Program-made: the position numbers and the translations under genes
The notes under the pieces: model-generated
Told to the model about the DNA's origin: nothing
The model's input: the letters and a program-made list of their open reading frames with translations, nothing else
The model's database searches: none
In this document: piece by piece, positions 22,044 to 31,850 of the stretch
Position numbering within the stretch: the stretch's first letter is position 1
How the letters are laid out: each line of letters begins with the position of its first letter
Origin: an uncultured Planctomycetota bacterium
GTDB taxonomy: Bacteria; Planctomycetota; Planctomycetia; Isosphaerales; Isosphaeraceae
Assembly: GCA_963823665.1 (NCBI GenBank)
Contig: CAWGMQ010000011.1
Span: 96,001-160,000 of the forward strand
Reading direction: 5' to 3'
Length of the DNA stretch: 64,000 nucleotides

Positions 22044-23002
22044 CGATTCCAAAAGCCCTTCGCCTCCTTGCGGTCTTCCTCGCAGCCGCACTGTTCGCGA
22101 CGCGCGAGCAGCCGGTCCAGGCCCAGCTCTTCACTCGCCCGGCCGCCAGGCCGCTCACGATCGAAGTGCTCGACATTGGCCAGGGCGATTCGATCCTGAT
22201 CCGCTCGCCCGAGGGCAAGACGGCGTTGATTGACGCCGGTCCCACCCGGCAAGGTGCCCTGACTGCCCTCAAGCGCGCGGGAATCACATCCCTCGACATG
22301 GTGGCGATCAGTCATCATCACAGCGATCACTACGGGGGCATGGACGAAGTGGTCAAGGCGATGAAGCCCCGCTACTTCGTGGCGAGCCGTTCCGGGCATA
22401 CAACGTCGCTCTATTTGAAACTGCTCAAGACCGTGCAGGCACAAGGGATCACGGTCGTGCAGCCGTCGACGAAGCCGCGCAAGATTGAACTGGGCTCCGC
22501 GGAGCTGACGATCTTTCCGCAGCCGCCCGAAGACCGAAAGGAGGAGAACAACAACTCCATCGGCCTGCGGCTCGGGTACGGGTCGTTCTCGATGCTCTTC
22601 ACCGGTGACAGCGAAGAGACGGAGCGCGCATGGTGGCTGCGCAACGATCCGAGCCTGGCGCGCAACTGCACGATTATCAAGCTCGCGCACCACGGCAGCC
22701 GGAACGGAACCGACGCGCGCTGGCTCACCCTCGTGCATCCCGAGCTTGCCGTGGCCAGCATGGGGCGAGACAACGAATTCGGGCACCCTCACTCGGAAAC
22801 GGTGAGCCTCATGAGGCGCAGCGGTATCCCGCTCTTGCGCACCGATCAGCTCGGCACGATCGCGATCACCAGTGACGGGCGAAGCTGGCAGGTTGTCCGG
22901 CCGAGTATCGCCCGGTCCGGCCACCCCACCCAGGGCGACGTCGATCGCGTTGCCGCGGCGACCCCGGACGATTCGCCCAAACGGATGACGCGCACGCGTT
23001 GA
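22040..23002 (+). CDS. Secreted ComEC/Rec2-like metallo-beta-lactamase-fold hydrolase
   Basis: LDIGQGDS, LIDAG, SHHHSDHYGG, NNNS, FTGD, HHGS, FGHPH, RTDQLG; GTGA overlap with DUF3006. Confidence 0.9.
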   Translation: MTIPKALRLLAVFLAAALFATREQPVQAQLFTRPAARPLTIEVLDIGQGDSILIRSPEGKTALIDAGPTRQGALTALKRAGITSLDMVAISHHHSDHYGGMDEVVKAMKPRYFVASRSGHTTSLYLKLLKTVQAQGITVVQPSTKPRKIELGSAELTIFPQPPEDRKEENNNSIGLRLGYGSFSMLFTGDSEETERAWWLRNDPSLARNCTIIKLAHHGSRNGTDARWLTLVHPELAVASMGRDNEFGHPHSETVSLMRRSGIPLLRTDQLGTIAITSDGRSWQVVRPSIARSGHPTQGDVDRVAAATPDDSPKRMTRTR

Positions 23003-23119
23003 GCGCCGTTGCGACCGCGCAAGGGGCAGGCGCCCGCCGGGACTGAATCGGCGAACGCCTTCCCATGACCGCGCCCGGAGGCGCGGATTCTCGCTGTCGA
23101 ATCGGGGCGCCAGCGTGCG

Positions 23120-23296
23120 TCAACGTTTGCTGCTGCCGGCCTTTTGCGTTTGCTTCGCGAACGCTTGGGGCTTCTCGTCGAACTTGCGCTTGCATTCGTT
23201 ACTGCAGAAATAGTACGTGTTGCCCTGGAAGTCGCTCTGGCCGGCGGCGTCATCAGGCTCAACGTCCATACCGCACACGGGGTCTTTCGTGCTCAT
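23120..23296 (-). CDS. YHS-domain small metal-binding protein (58 aa)
   Basis: Manual translation MSTKDPVCGMDVEPDDAAGQSDFQGNTYYFCSNECKRKFDEKPQAF...; GGAGG RBS; below the ORF-track cutoff. Confidence 0.9.
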   Translation of the reverse strand: MSTKDPVCGMDVEPDDAAGQSDFQGNTYYFCSNECKRKFDEKPQAFAKQTQKAGSSKR

Positions 23297-23767
23297 CGTA
23301 TTCCTCCTGGGTGCAAGAACGGGGTGTCGTCAGTTTGACGTCCGACTGGGATTCAGAAGGAAGCAATCGACGTGCCGGAGTTCCCTTCGCTCGGCATTGT
23401 CACCCCCCCGCTCACCACCAGTTTCGTTTTGTATATTCGACGCGCGTCCTTTCCCTGCAAGGCTTAAGGGAACGGTACCAGCACGCCGGTCGCTCTCGGT
23501 TTCCGACGGCGGAATAACCTCGCACCGCGAACACCGGATGAACATTAAATCGGCCTCAACTACAGTGACGATGGGAAAAAGACAGCTCGCGACGTGGTAA
23601 TGGATGAGATGAGTTTCGCCATGAATAATATGCGACAGGTTTTCGCCATTCGCCATTTCTCAATGGCACCTGTCAATTCTTGTGTTATCGCAAATCCAAT
23701 CGCGATCGGTGATTAACGTCTGAAGAATCTCGCAAAGTTGAGCCGGTTCAAAACGCTTTGAAAGCAC

Positions 23768-23945
23768 TCCTCCCGCCCTTATGGGGGAGCTGCCGCCGCA
23801 GGCGGCGGTGAGGGGCCCAGCCCACGGAAGACCGCGAACCCCAACTAGCGCGAATCTCGTTGAAAATGGCCCGGAAAGCCAGACACCCAGCGATGAAAGC
23901 CCCTCACCCTGACGACCCCAGCCCAACAGTGCCGGCGCGAGGGTC
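23768..23945. repeat. REP-like palindromic element pair
   Basis: CTCC..CCC...GGGGGAG-CTGCCGCCGCAGGCGGCGG-TGAGGGG hairpins, with the complementary CCCCTCACC about 90 bp downstream. Confidence 0.4.
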
Positions 23946-24137
23946 CTTCTTTCAGTCTCCGCCCACGCCTGACTTCGTTTTGTAGATTTGTCGCGCGTCC
24001 TTACGCCACAAGGGTTACGGGAACGGGTGTGCTCACTCTTGACCGCGAGCCACGGGTCAAACTCGAACCCATTCCTCGCCCGCAACGCGCCAGCCCAACG
24101 GTACGTGGTTCTCTCCGGTGCGTGCATTCCGCCAATG

Positions 24138-24243
24138 GCAACGCCTAGGGTTTCGATGCATCGCCCTGTGTGTCCAATGCACCGCCTTGGGTTTCCGACG
24201 CACCGCCTTGGGTTTCCGGCAACGCCTTGGGTTTCCGAGGCAC
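24138..24243. repeat. Degenerate tandem repeat of about 21 bp, about 5 units (GCACCGCCTTGGGTTTCCGAC)
   Basis: Read directly from the sequence; no unique spacers. Confidence 0.75.
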
Positions 24244-24269
24244 TCTCCCCCGGTTACCTGGTCCCCCAT

Positions 24270-24830
24270 CTACAATATGCGGTGACAATATGGATTCGTG
24301 GCGCCGGCGACCTGAACATTCCCACAAAGTTTCCGGTTTCCAACGATCAGATCAATTAGCGAACAAAATTCATTCTGTTTGCGCGGTTTGTCCCCATCCC
24401 AGCGCTTCCCCTCAACCAGCGCCCGCCTCCGGTGCTCCGCCTCGAATTCGGTGTCATCCCACAGCCGGTCGATCACAGCCACCCAAGGCGCCACTTCGTG
24501 TGTGGTCGGCAGCCGGCGTTCACCGATCAGGGATCGTGAGGACGAACCCGGCGTCGCCAAAGGTTCTCAGGCAAAGCGCCGCGATCGCTGGCCAGGACGG
24601 AATGCCATTCGCCATCGCCTCGATCGGCACGCGGCCGAGCGACTCCCGCCAGAGGGATGCCATCAGCACCACCCGGCTCAGCAGTCCCCGTGGCCCTGGC
24701 CTTGAGCATCAATGTGCGGCTGACCGGATGCCCGCCATAGGTCAGCAGAATCTCCGGCCGGAATCGATCGAGCACCGTAGTGGCCAGGTCGATGAACATG
24801 GCGCCCTCACGCGGGTTGGGTGCCTTAGCG
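24270..24830 (-). pseudogene. Glycosyltransferase (GT4-like) remnant with internal deletion
   Basis: VLDRFRPEILLTYGGH in one frame, then VLASDRGALPE and WVAVIDRLWDD..EHRRRAL; the middle of the gene is missing. Confidence 0.6.
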
Positions 24831-24907
24831 GCGCGACTGGACGATGTGGGCAGCAGTGTGGAGAATGGTTGGAGAGTCTTCAAGGGGTACCGGAGTTGAT
24901 CCGACCA

Positions 24908-25366
24908 ATGGCAACAGCAGCCAAGACTGAATGCGAGAACGGCGATCCGGCGTTGTTACGTGCGGAGTGGCTCGACCGTCTCGCTAAACTGACGAGCTTG
25001 GTTAAAGGCTGGGCAACTGAGCTCGACTGGTCGACGCGCGAGATTTCGAAGAAGATCAAGGACTCTCGCCTCGGCGCTTACGAAGCCCCGGCGTTACTCA
25101 TGCAGAGAGAAACGATTCGCGTACTGCTGGATCCAATCGCGCGATTCACTCCAGGCGCCGACGGTGTCGTCGACCTCTACCTGATGCCGGCGTACGACGA
25201 CATCGCGAGCCTGTACTTGATGAACGGCGACTGGCAATTACACTACATGTTTGCTGTCGCCAAGTCCGCCGCGACAATCAGGCATGCCGAATCGAGCCCG
25301 CTGTCGAAGGAGGCACTCGAGCGGGTCCTCGCAGAGATGACCGCAAATGCCGCAGAGCCGCTTTGA
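24908..25366 (+). CDS. Hypothetical protein (gene A of two-gene module, copy 1)
   Basis: 152 aa; strong paralog at 46792-47160 (LDP..RF.PG.DGVVDLYL.PAYDDIASLY). Confidence 0.8.
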   Translation: MATAAKTECENGDPALLRAEWLDRLAKLTSLVKGWATELDWSTREISKKIKDSRLGAYEAPALLMQRETIRVLLDPIARFTPGADGVVDLYLMPAYDDIASLYLMNGDWQLHYMFAVAKSAATIRHAESSPLSKEALERVLAEMTANAAEPL

Positions 25367-25801
25367 CTGGCAAGAACGAATCAAGGCTGTCGAACGCGAG
25401 TACTCGGCCACACGTATCGCAGTTGACCGACTCACCGTCGATGTCAGTAAAGAGCCTGGGATTCTGGGCGCAAGGGACCCAGGCCGCCTGATCTTCTGTC
25501 GGCGAGCGAAAATCTCGACGGAACGTATGTGATGCGCATGTTCGCTGAACTCGAGAGCTGCATTCGGTCGTTCTGGAGCGTCATCAAGCGCACGCACCCC
25601 CAGACGAAAACCCTGCTCGATAGCATAGGCGCCAGGTATCGGATTCCCCAAGACACGATCTTCGATGCCCAGAACGTCAGGGAGTATCGCAACACGCTTG
25701 TGCATAATCGCGACGGAACAACCGACATCGTGTCGGTCGGGCGATCAAGGCAGTCGCTTGCGAAGTACGTTTCCTTCTTGCCCGATAAATGGGGAAAATA
25801 A
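25347..25801 (+). CDS. HEPN-like protein (gene B, copy 1), one frameshift near 25480
   Basis: Joined frames give MPQSRFDWQERIKAVEREY...SENLDGTYVMRMFAELESCIRSFW...REYRNTLVH; R-x4-H motif; overlaps gene A. Confidence 0.65.
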
Positions 25802-25817
25802 GGAGGAGCCAGCGGGA

Positions 25818-26731
25818 GCCAGCACCGTGAGCATCGCAGTGCAAGGCGCACAAGCGAACTCGTTCGACCTGCCGCTTGTTTGGGGGACCCGGACACCGAC
25901 CCTCTTCAGTCGGTCCCGCGGAAAGCCACACGCACGTGACTCGCACCGGCTCCCGTCCTGCGATCGCTGGATTGCTCGCGGCCGACGCCGCACACAGCTC
26001 GCGCTTTGCCAACCACGGTCAGCAACCGGGTGCCCTCGGCTACGCCGCCGGCGTTTGCAAGCGTCGGTTTCTGCGAACCGGTCGATATCGACGGTCATGC
26101 TTCGTCGCTTGCCGCGCCGGCGAAGAAAACGACGCAGGCTGGCCTCGAATCCAATCGAATTCCGCGTACGCCGCTGCGACCGGCGCTAGCGAGCGAGCGA
26201 GCCGCTTACCTACAGAAACGCGACCTGCGCGGCCGCCTTGCCCTGACACCAGCGCCGTGAGCAACGCGGTGCAGCGTTCACAAGCGAACTCGCTCGACCT
26301 GCCGCTTGCTTGAACATGCGCCCGAAGTCGCGCACCTTCCTCACCCAATTCGATCGATCCACCCCCAGCCGGCCAGCGTCGGCCATGTGCATCGCCAGGT
26401 CGTTGTCGTCGGGCTCCGCCAGCTCGCCGGTAACATCGTCACGTCGCGGAAAGAGCTTGCGCCAGCGCAGTGCGACGTCGGCGTCGGACCACTGTTCGAC
26501 TCTGTCGGGCCGATTGCGAAGCACGAGATGCAGGTGGTTGATCATAATGGCATAACCGCACGCCTCAACGCCGAAGCGGGTTACGGCGGGATCGACGAGA
26601 TGTGCGCGGGGCATCGTCATGGGTCGAGGCCCGTGGATGATCGACGGAGGTTAGCTAAATTGCTGGGGCTGTGTCAAGAATGTAATGCATGTCCTTTTTT
26701 CTCCCTTTTCAAGAATGCAATGCATGTCCTT
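25818..26731 (-). mobile_element. Internally deleted HUH/Y1 (REP-associated tyrosine transposase-like) element, copy 1, with an extra 3' fragment
   Basis: ORF 26210-26620: MPRAHLVD...YAIMINHLHLVLRNRPD..WSDADVALRW (HUH motif) fused to the C-terminus; about 60 bp of the 3' coding end repeated at 25818-25880. Confidence 0.75.
26674..26731. repeat. 23-bp direct repeat TCAAGAATG(T/C)AATGCATGTCCTT at the element 5' end
   Basis: Copies at 26674-26696 and 26709-26731, one mismatch. Confidence 0.75.
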
Positions 26732-27054
26732 CCGTCTCTTTTATTCTCATCAGCATCAGGAAGGCGGGCATGGCATTTGGTGCTTTCGTTAGATATATTG
26801 AGTTGAGGCAGTTATAACTGCTGGAGTTAATGCGTTGATCGCGCCTGTTCATCGAACCGACTCACGTTGTGGGCCGCGAGAACGCCGGCTGGCTGAAACC
26901 GTTCGACGAGGAAAACGCGGCGGCTGCGGCGCACGCGTCAACAAGAATACACGTTAAAGCCACCGGGGCCCAACCCTGTTTTGGGGTCCGGGCGATGGTT
27001 TGGCGTCATAGCTATCTGTCTGGGCGTAGTTCTAGCAATTCCCGTCCGAGGGTG

Positions 27055-27639
27055 ATGCAGGTGACCGCGACTTCCCTCAGCTTGCTGGAGCGGCTCAAGG
27101 AGGCCCAGCCGGAAGCCACGGACTGGAATCGGCTGCAAGGCACCTACTTGCCCCTGATTCAGAGGTGGCTCGGTCGCGTTCCCGGTCTTGGAGACGAGTG
27201 TGCCGACCTGGCTCAAGAAGTTCTCATCGTTGTGGTTCGCGCGGTGCCGGGATTTGATCGGCGGCGCGAGGGGTCGTTCCGGGCCTGGCTGAGGCAGGTA
27301 ACCGTGAACTAGATCCGGAACTACCGCAGGAAGCGCAAGCGCCGGCCTGCCGTGGGGCTCGATCCGGCCGACGGGTTTCTCGAGCGCCTCTCGAACGTGG
27401 CCGGCGATCTCGCCCGCGAGTGGGATCGGGATCACGACAAACATGTCGTTGAAAAGCTCCTGGCTGTCGTGCAACCCGACTTCAGCCCCACGACCTGGGC
27501 GGCGTTCCAGCGGTTCGGCGTCGATGGGGTTCCAGCCAGTCGTGTGGCCGAGGAATTGGGCGTTTCCGAGAACGCGGTCATTCTTGCCAAAGCTCGCGTT
27601 CTCAAGCGATTGAGGGAAGAGGCTGGCGACCTTTTGTGA
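27055..27639 (+). pseudogene. ECF sigma factor of the kinase-associated type, with in-frame TAG at 27310-27312
   Basis: TSLSLLERL, DLAQEV, GSFRAWLRQVTVN*IRNY, VAEELGVSENAVILAKARVLKRLREE; same frame on both sides of the stop. Confidence 0.85.
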
Positions 27640-27726
27640 CAAATTCCCGTTTTTGCGACAGGTTCGACGTGAAACCGGCCTTTTGCTGCAAACAGAGTCA
27701 CCAGACCAGTCGCCGGAGACAGCCCG

Positions 27727-30700
27727 ATGGAGACGAATTCAGGCCCGCATCCCAGTGACGATACCTTGTGTGAATACGGAATGGGGAAGCTCGACGACCG
27801 TTCCGCCGAGGCGATCGATGGGCATCTGGAACATTGCGCGGCTTGCAAGAAGCGAGTCGCCGAACTTTCGGCTGACAGCTTCCTGGACCGCGTAAGGCAA
27901 GCACGGAGGCATTCCGACAATCCGACGCCCGGCCGACCGGATCTGGCGGGGAAGAATCGCTGCGACAGCACGAGCCATGGGGCGGCCGGGGACATCCCGT
28001 TTTCGCGCGGAATTCCCGAAAACCCGGATTCCGAGATTGAGCGCGAATTCAGCGGGTCGCGGGCGAGCATGGCAACCTCGAGCGTACTTGCACGGATTGC
28101 CGCAACAGCCGGGCAGGTGCCGCATGTTCTGTTGCGCGACAGTGGGCTGTTGGGGGGCCCGGGCCCAATCGTGAAACCGTTGTCGAACGAGATGCCCGAG
28201 CGCTCCGAGGGTCGCGACCGCTACCAGTTATTTGGCGAGATTGCGCGCGGCGGGATGGGGGCCGTCCTCAAGGGACGTGATACTGATCTCGGCCGCGATC
28301 TGGCGGTCAAAGTTCTGCTCGAGACGCATCGGGACAAGCCGGAGCTGATCCGGCGCTTCGTCGAGGAGGCGCAGATCGGTGGCCAGTTGCAGCATCCTGG
28401 GATTGTACCGATTTACGAGCTGGGGACTTTTGCCGATAACCGACCCTTTTTTGCGATGAAGCTGGTCAAAGGCCGGACGCTGTCGAGCTTGCTCGATGAA
28501 CGTTCTGATCCGCCCCGCGACCTACCAAGTATTTTGCCGATCTTCGCAGCCGTGTGTCAGACGGTGGCGTATGCGCATGCGCGGGGCGTGATTCATCGCG
28601 ACCTGAAGCCGTCGAACATCATGGTCGGATCGTTCGGTGAGGTGCAGGTGATGGATTGGGGCCTGGCCAAGGTGCTGCCGCAGGGGGGCGCGGTCGATGA
28701 TGCATCGGCGGGCAAGACCGGGGTTGGAGAAACGGTGATCGCCACGGCCCGGAGCGGAGGCGATGTGGACTCCGATCTCTCGCGGGCCGGCAGCGTCATG
28801 GGCACTCCCTCGTACATGGCGCCTGAGCAAGCCCGGGGTTAGATCGATCGCCTTGACGAGCGGTGCGATGTCTTTGCGCTGGGGTCGATCCTGTGCGAAG
28901 TCCTGACGGGCCAGCCGGCGTTCACGGGGCGATCCCCTGGCGAGATCCAGCGCAAAGCCTCGCGCGGCGAGCTGAAAGACGCGATCGCGCACCTGGATGC
29001 GAGCGCCGTCGACGCGGAGCTGATCTCGCTTGCAAAGGATTGTCTGGCGGCCGAGCTGGAAGACCGCCCGCGGCACGCAAGCGAGGTGGCGGGGCGAGTC
29101 AGCGGCTACCAGACGGGCGTGCAGGAGCGGTTGCGACTGGCTGAGATCGGACGAGCCGAAGAGAAGGGCCGCGCTGAGGAGGCGACGAAGCGAGCCCGCG
29201 TGGAACGTGATCGCCTGCGGCTGACCGTGGCGCTGGCGGCGTCGGTGCTCGGGCTGGCAATGCTGGGAGGGGGCGGAGCGTTTTTGGTCATCCAGCAGCG
29301 CCAGGAACGGCTTTCCGTGGTGAAGGCGAACGTGGCGCGGATTCGAGTGTATCGGGATGAGGCTGAAGCGGCGGGGGGCGACCCGGCCGGCTGGCAAAAG
29401 GCACTTGCGGCGGCGGACGCGGCGGTGAACTCGATGCGCGACCTGGCCGGTTCGCCGGATGGCCAGGAACTGACGGCGCTTTACATGGAGATCGCCGAGA
29501 AAAAGGCGCAGGCGGAACGGGATCGGAAGCTTGTCGAGGAGTTGGCGAACCTGCGGATGATCGTGGACAACATCCCATTTGCAATGGGGATCAATCACGC
29601 GTCGGATCTGGCATCTCGGTTCGCATCGGCTTTAAGACGGTATGGGCTCGATCTGGAGAGAACATCGATCCCGGATGCGGTGGCGCGGTTAAGTGCGCGC
29701 CCGAATGCGATCGTCAAAGACGTGGTTGGCTTCCTCGACCACTTGCTCATGAACGGTGACCTCGCCGCTGGAGAGAATCAGAACGAAGAAGCGCCTCAAT
29801 TTGGAAAAGGTTCTCGAACTGGTTGGGGGCTTGGACGCCGACCCCGAACGAAACCGGCTGCGAGTTCTCCTTGAGCAGGCCGATCCCAAATCAGAGGCCC
29901 AGGCCCTCGCTGCGATGGGACGACAAACGAACCTGGTTGAGTCCGGCCCCGCGACAGCGTTACTCCTGGCACGGTTATTATCGCGGGCGGACGACTCGGA
30001 GAACGCCATCGCCGTGCTGCGTGCGGCCGTTATCAGATATCCGGGCGACCTGTGGACCGACCTCGAGCTCGCGTCGCAGCCCAGGCACTGCGGCCCGCCT
30101 CAAACCGTTGAGTCGATCCGCTTTTACACGGCTGCGCGCCGTCGAGCCGGAGATGGGCCGGGACCTCGCCGAGATCCTTCACCGTGAGAAACGAGACGAC
30201 GAGGCCGAGGCGACTCTCAATGCGATCGCCCGACTCGATCCGGAGCCGACGCACTGCCTGTTTCAGCTCTACTTGTTGCTGAAGTTCAGCGGCAAGAAGG
30301 AAAAGGCACGGTCCGTCCTCGACCGCATGATTGCTCCGATTCGAGAAAGGATCACGCGGGAAGGCAGCGATGCACTGACTCACCGGAAAATTGCTCTGCT
30401 GCTGTTTCTAGGCGACGACAAGCCTGGCGCCGTGGCGGAGTATCGTGAGGCTGCGCGGGCCGATCCAACGGACGCCGAGTGCCGGCGCCAGCTGGGTAGG
30501 CGACTTCGAATGCAAGGCGACTTGCCTGGGGCAATCGCGGCATACCGCGATTCGATCCGAATCGACCCGATGCGCGTGGGCGCGCATTACTCTCTCGCCG
30601 AACTTTTGGAGGATAGTGGCGACGAGCTCGGGGAGATTGCAGAGCTACTGGAAGCCGTTCGAGCCGAGGGCCATGACTCAGGTCCCTATTCGCCATCAAG

Positions 30701-31680
30701 GGTCAGCCAATACGGAAGCGATGTCACGTTCGACGACCACGAGATCGACACGCTCGCCGACGGTCTCGCGGACATGCATTTCATGACCCGCACCGCAGGC
30801 CCGCATGTTGGTTACAAACTCGGTAGCGTCCACAGGTTGGCGGGGGACAAGCCGGGCGCTATCACGAAGTACCGCGAGGCGATCGCCGCCGATCCCAATT
30901 CGGAAATTGAAGCTCGATTTGGGCTAGTTGTGACGCTTGGCGAATCGGGCGATTTTTCGGGAGCGATCGCCTCGTTCCGCGAGGCGATTGATCGCGAGCA
31001 CCTCGGGCAAGCCGGCCGCTTCTGTCTGCTTCGGGCAATCCTCATGGCCGAACGGCCCGACGAGGCAGTCGTCGCTCTCCGCCGGGTCAGGGAGCAGGCC
31101 GGTGACGACCGGACGATCAAGCAATCGATAGACGTGGGGATCCGCGAATTCGAAGAGCTCGCTAAATCCGGGCGCGAGTTCCGCGAATTCTTCATCTTTC
31201 CCCAGATCCAAAGGCTACTTTGGCCAGCCAATGCCACGAGCGCGGGTACTTCGCGGCCGCAGCAGCACTCTGGTCCGCGGGTTTCGCGGCGGACACGAAG
31301 CTGGCCGAGGACATGACAGCTCAGAACCGCTACAATGCAGCATGCGCCGCGGCGCTGGTGGCGGCCGGCAAAGGGATCGAAAAGCCGCCGCTGGATGAGC
31401 CGGCACGGACCCGCTGGCGAACGCAAGCCCTCGATTGGCTCAAGGCCGACCTCGCGTACTGGGCCAAGCAAGCCGAACGCGGTGAGATTCAAGCCAAGGC
31501 CCGCGTTCGGAAGACCCTCGAACACTGGATGCAAGATTCTGATCTCGCCGGCATCCGCGAAGAACAGGCAGTGAAGCAGCTCGCCGCAGATGAGCAGAAG
31601 ACCTGTCGAACGCTTTGGACGGAGGTAGATCACCTACTGACGAAGACCAGGCCGTGGTTCCGCGGCCGACCCTTTGAATT
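27727..31680 (+). pseudogene. Ser/Thr kinase with N-terminal zinc-finger anti-sigma-like domain and TPR region; in-frame TAG at 28840 and frameshifts
   Basis: HLEHCAAC; ARGGMGAV, HRDLKPSN, DWGLAK, APEQARG*IDRLDERCDVFALG; TPRs and RYNAACAAAL C-terminus; frameshifts near 29800, 30135, 31200; 3' end approximate. Confidence 0.85.
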
Positions 31681-31850
31681 GAGTATTCTGATGATGCCAC
31701 AATCAGCGCGCTGTGCCACAGCTCATTTCGCCGCCTTGCGCCGCGGCCGCGACGATTTCAGATTAATTTCGATTTTCGCGACGGGTTCGCTGCGATTCGG
31801 GCCTTTCATTGAGAGATATCGTCACTGGACCCATCGCCGGAGACAGTCCC

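Noticed and set aside
23330..24130. Protein-coding ORFs or a tRNA integration site
   Set aside because: The ORFs lack motifs and RBSs; no tRNA cloverleaf or integrase was found.
24138..24243. CRISPR array
   Set aside because: Units are adjacent with no unique spacers, and there are no cas genes in the window.
24170..24907. N-terminal 246 aa of the 398-aa ORF
   Set aside because: It overlaps the tandem repeat and the antisense glycosyltransferase remnant; similarity to the paralog begins only after ATG 24908.
25884..26209. TnpB/IscB guide RNA locus
   Set aside because: No RuvC-type TnpB or IscB ORF is near either Y1 remnant; the conserved tail is reported separately without that claim.
27310..28842. 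Genome-wide TAG reassignment
   Set aside because: TAG ends intact genes in this window (8932, 40181, 58841).
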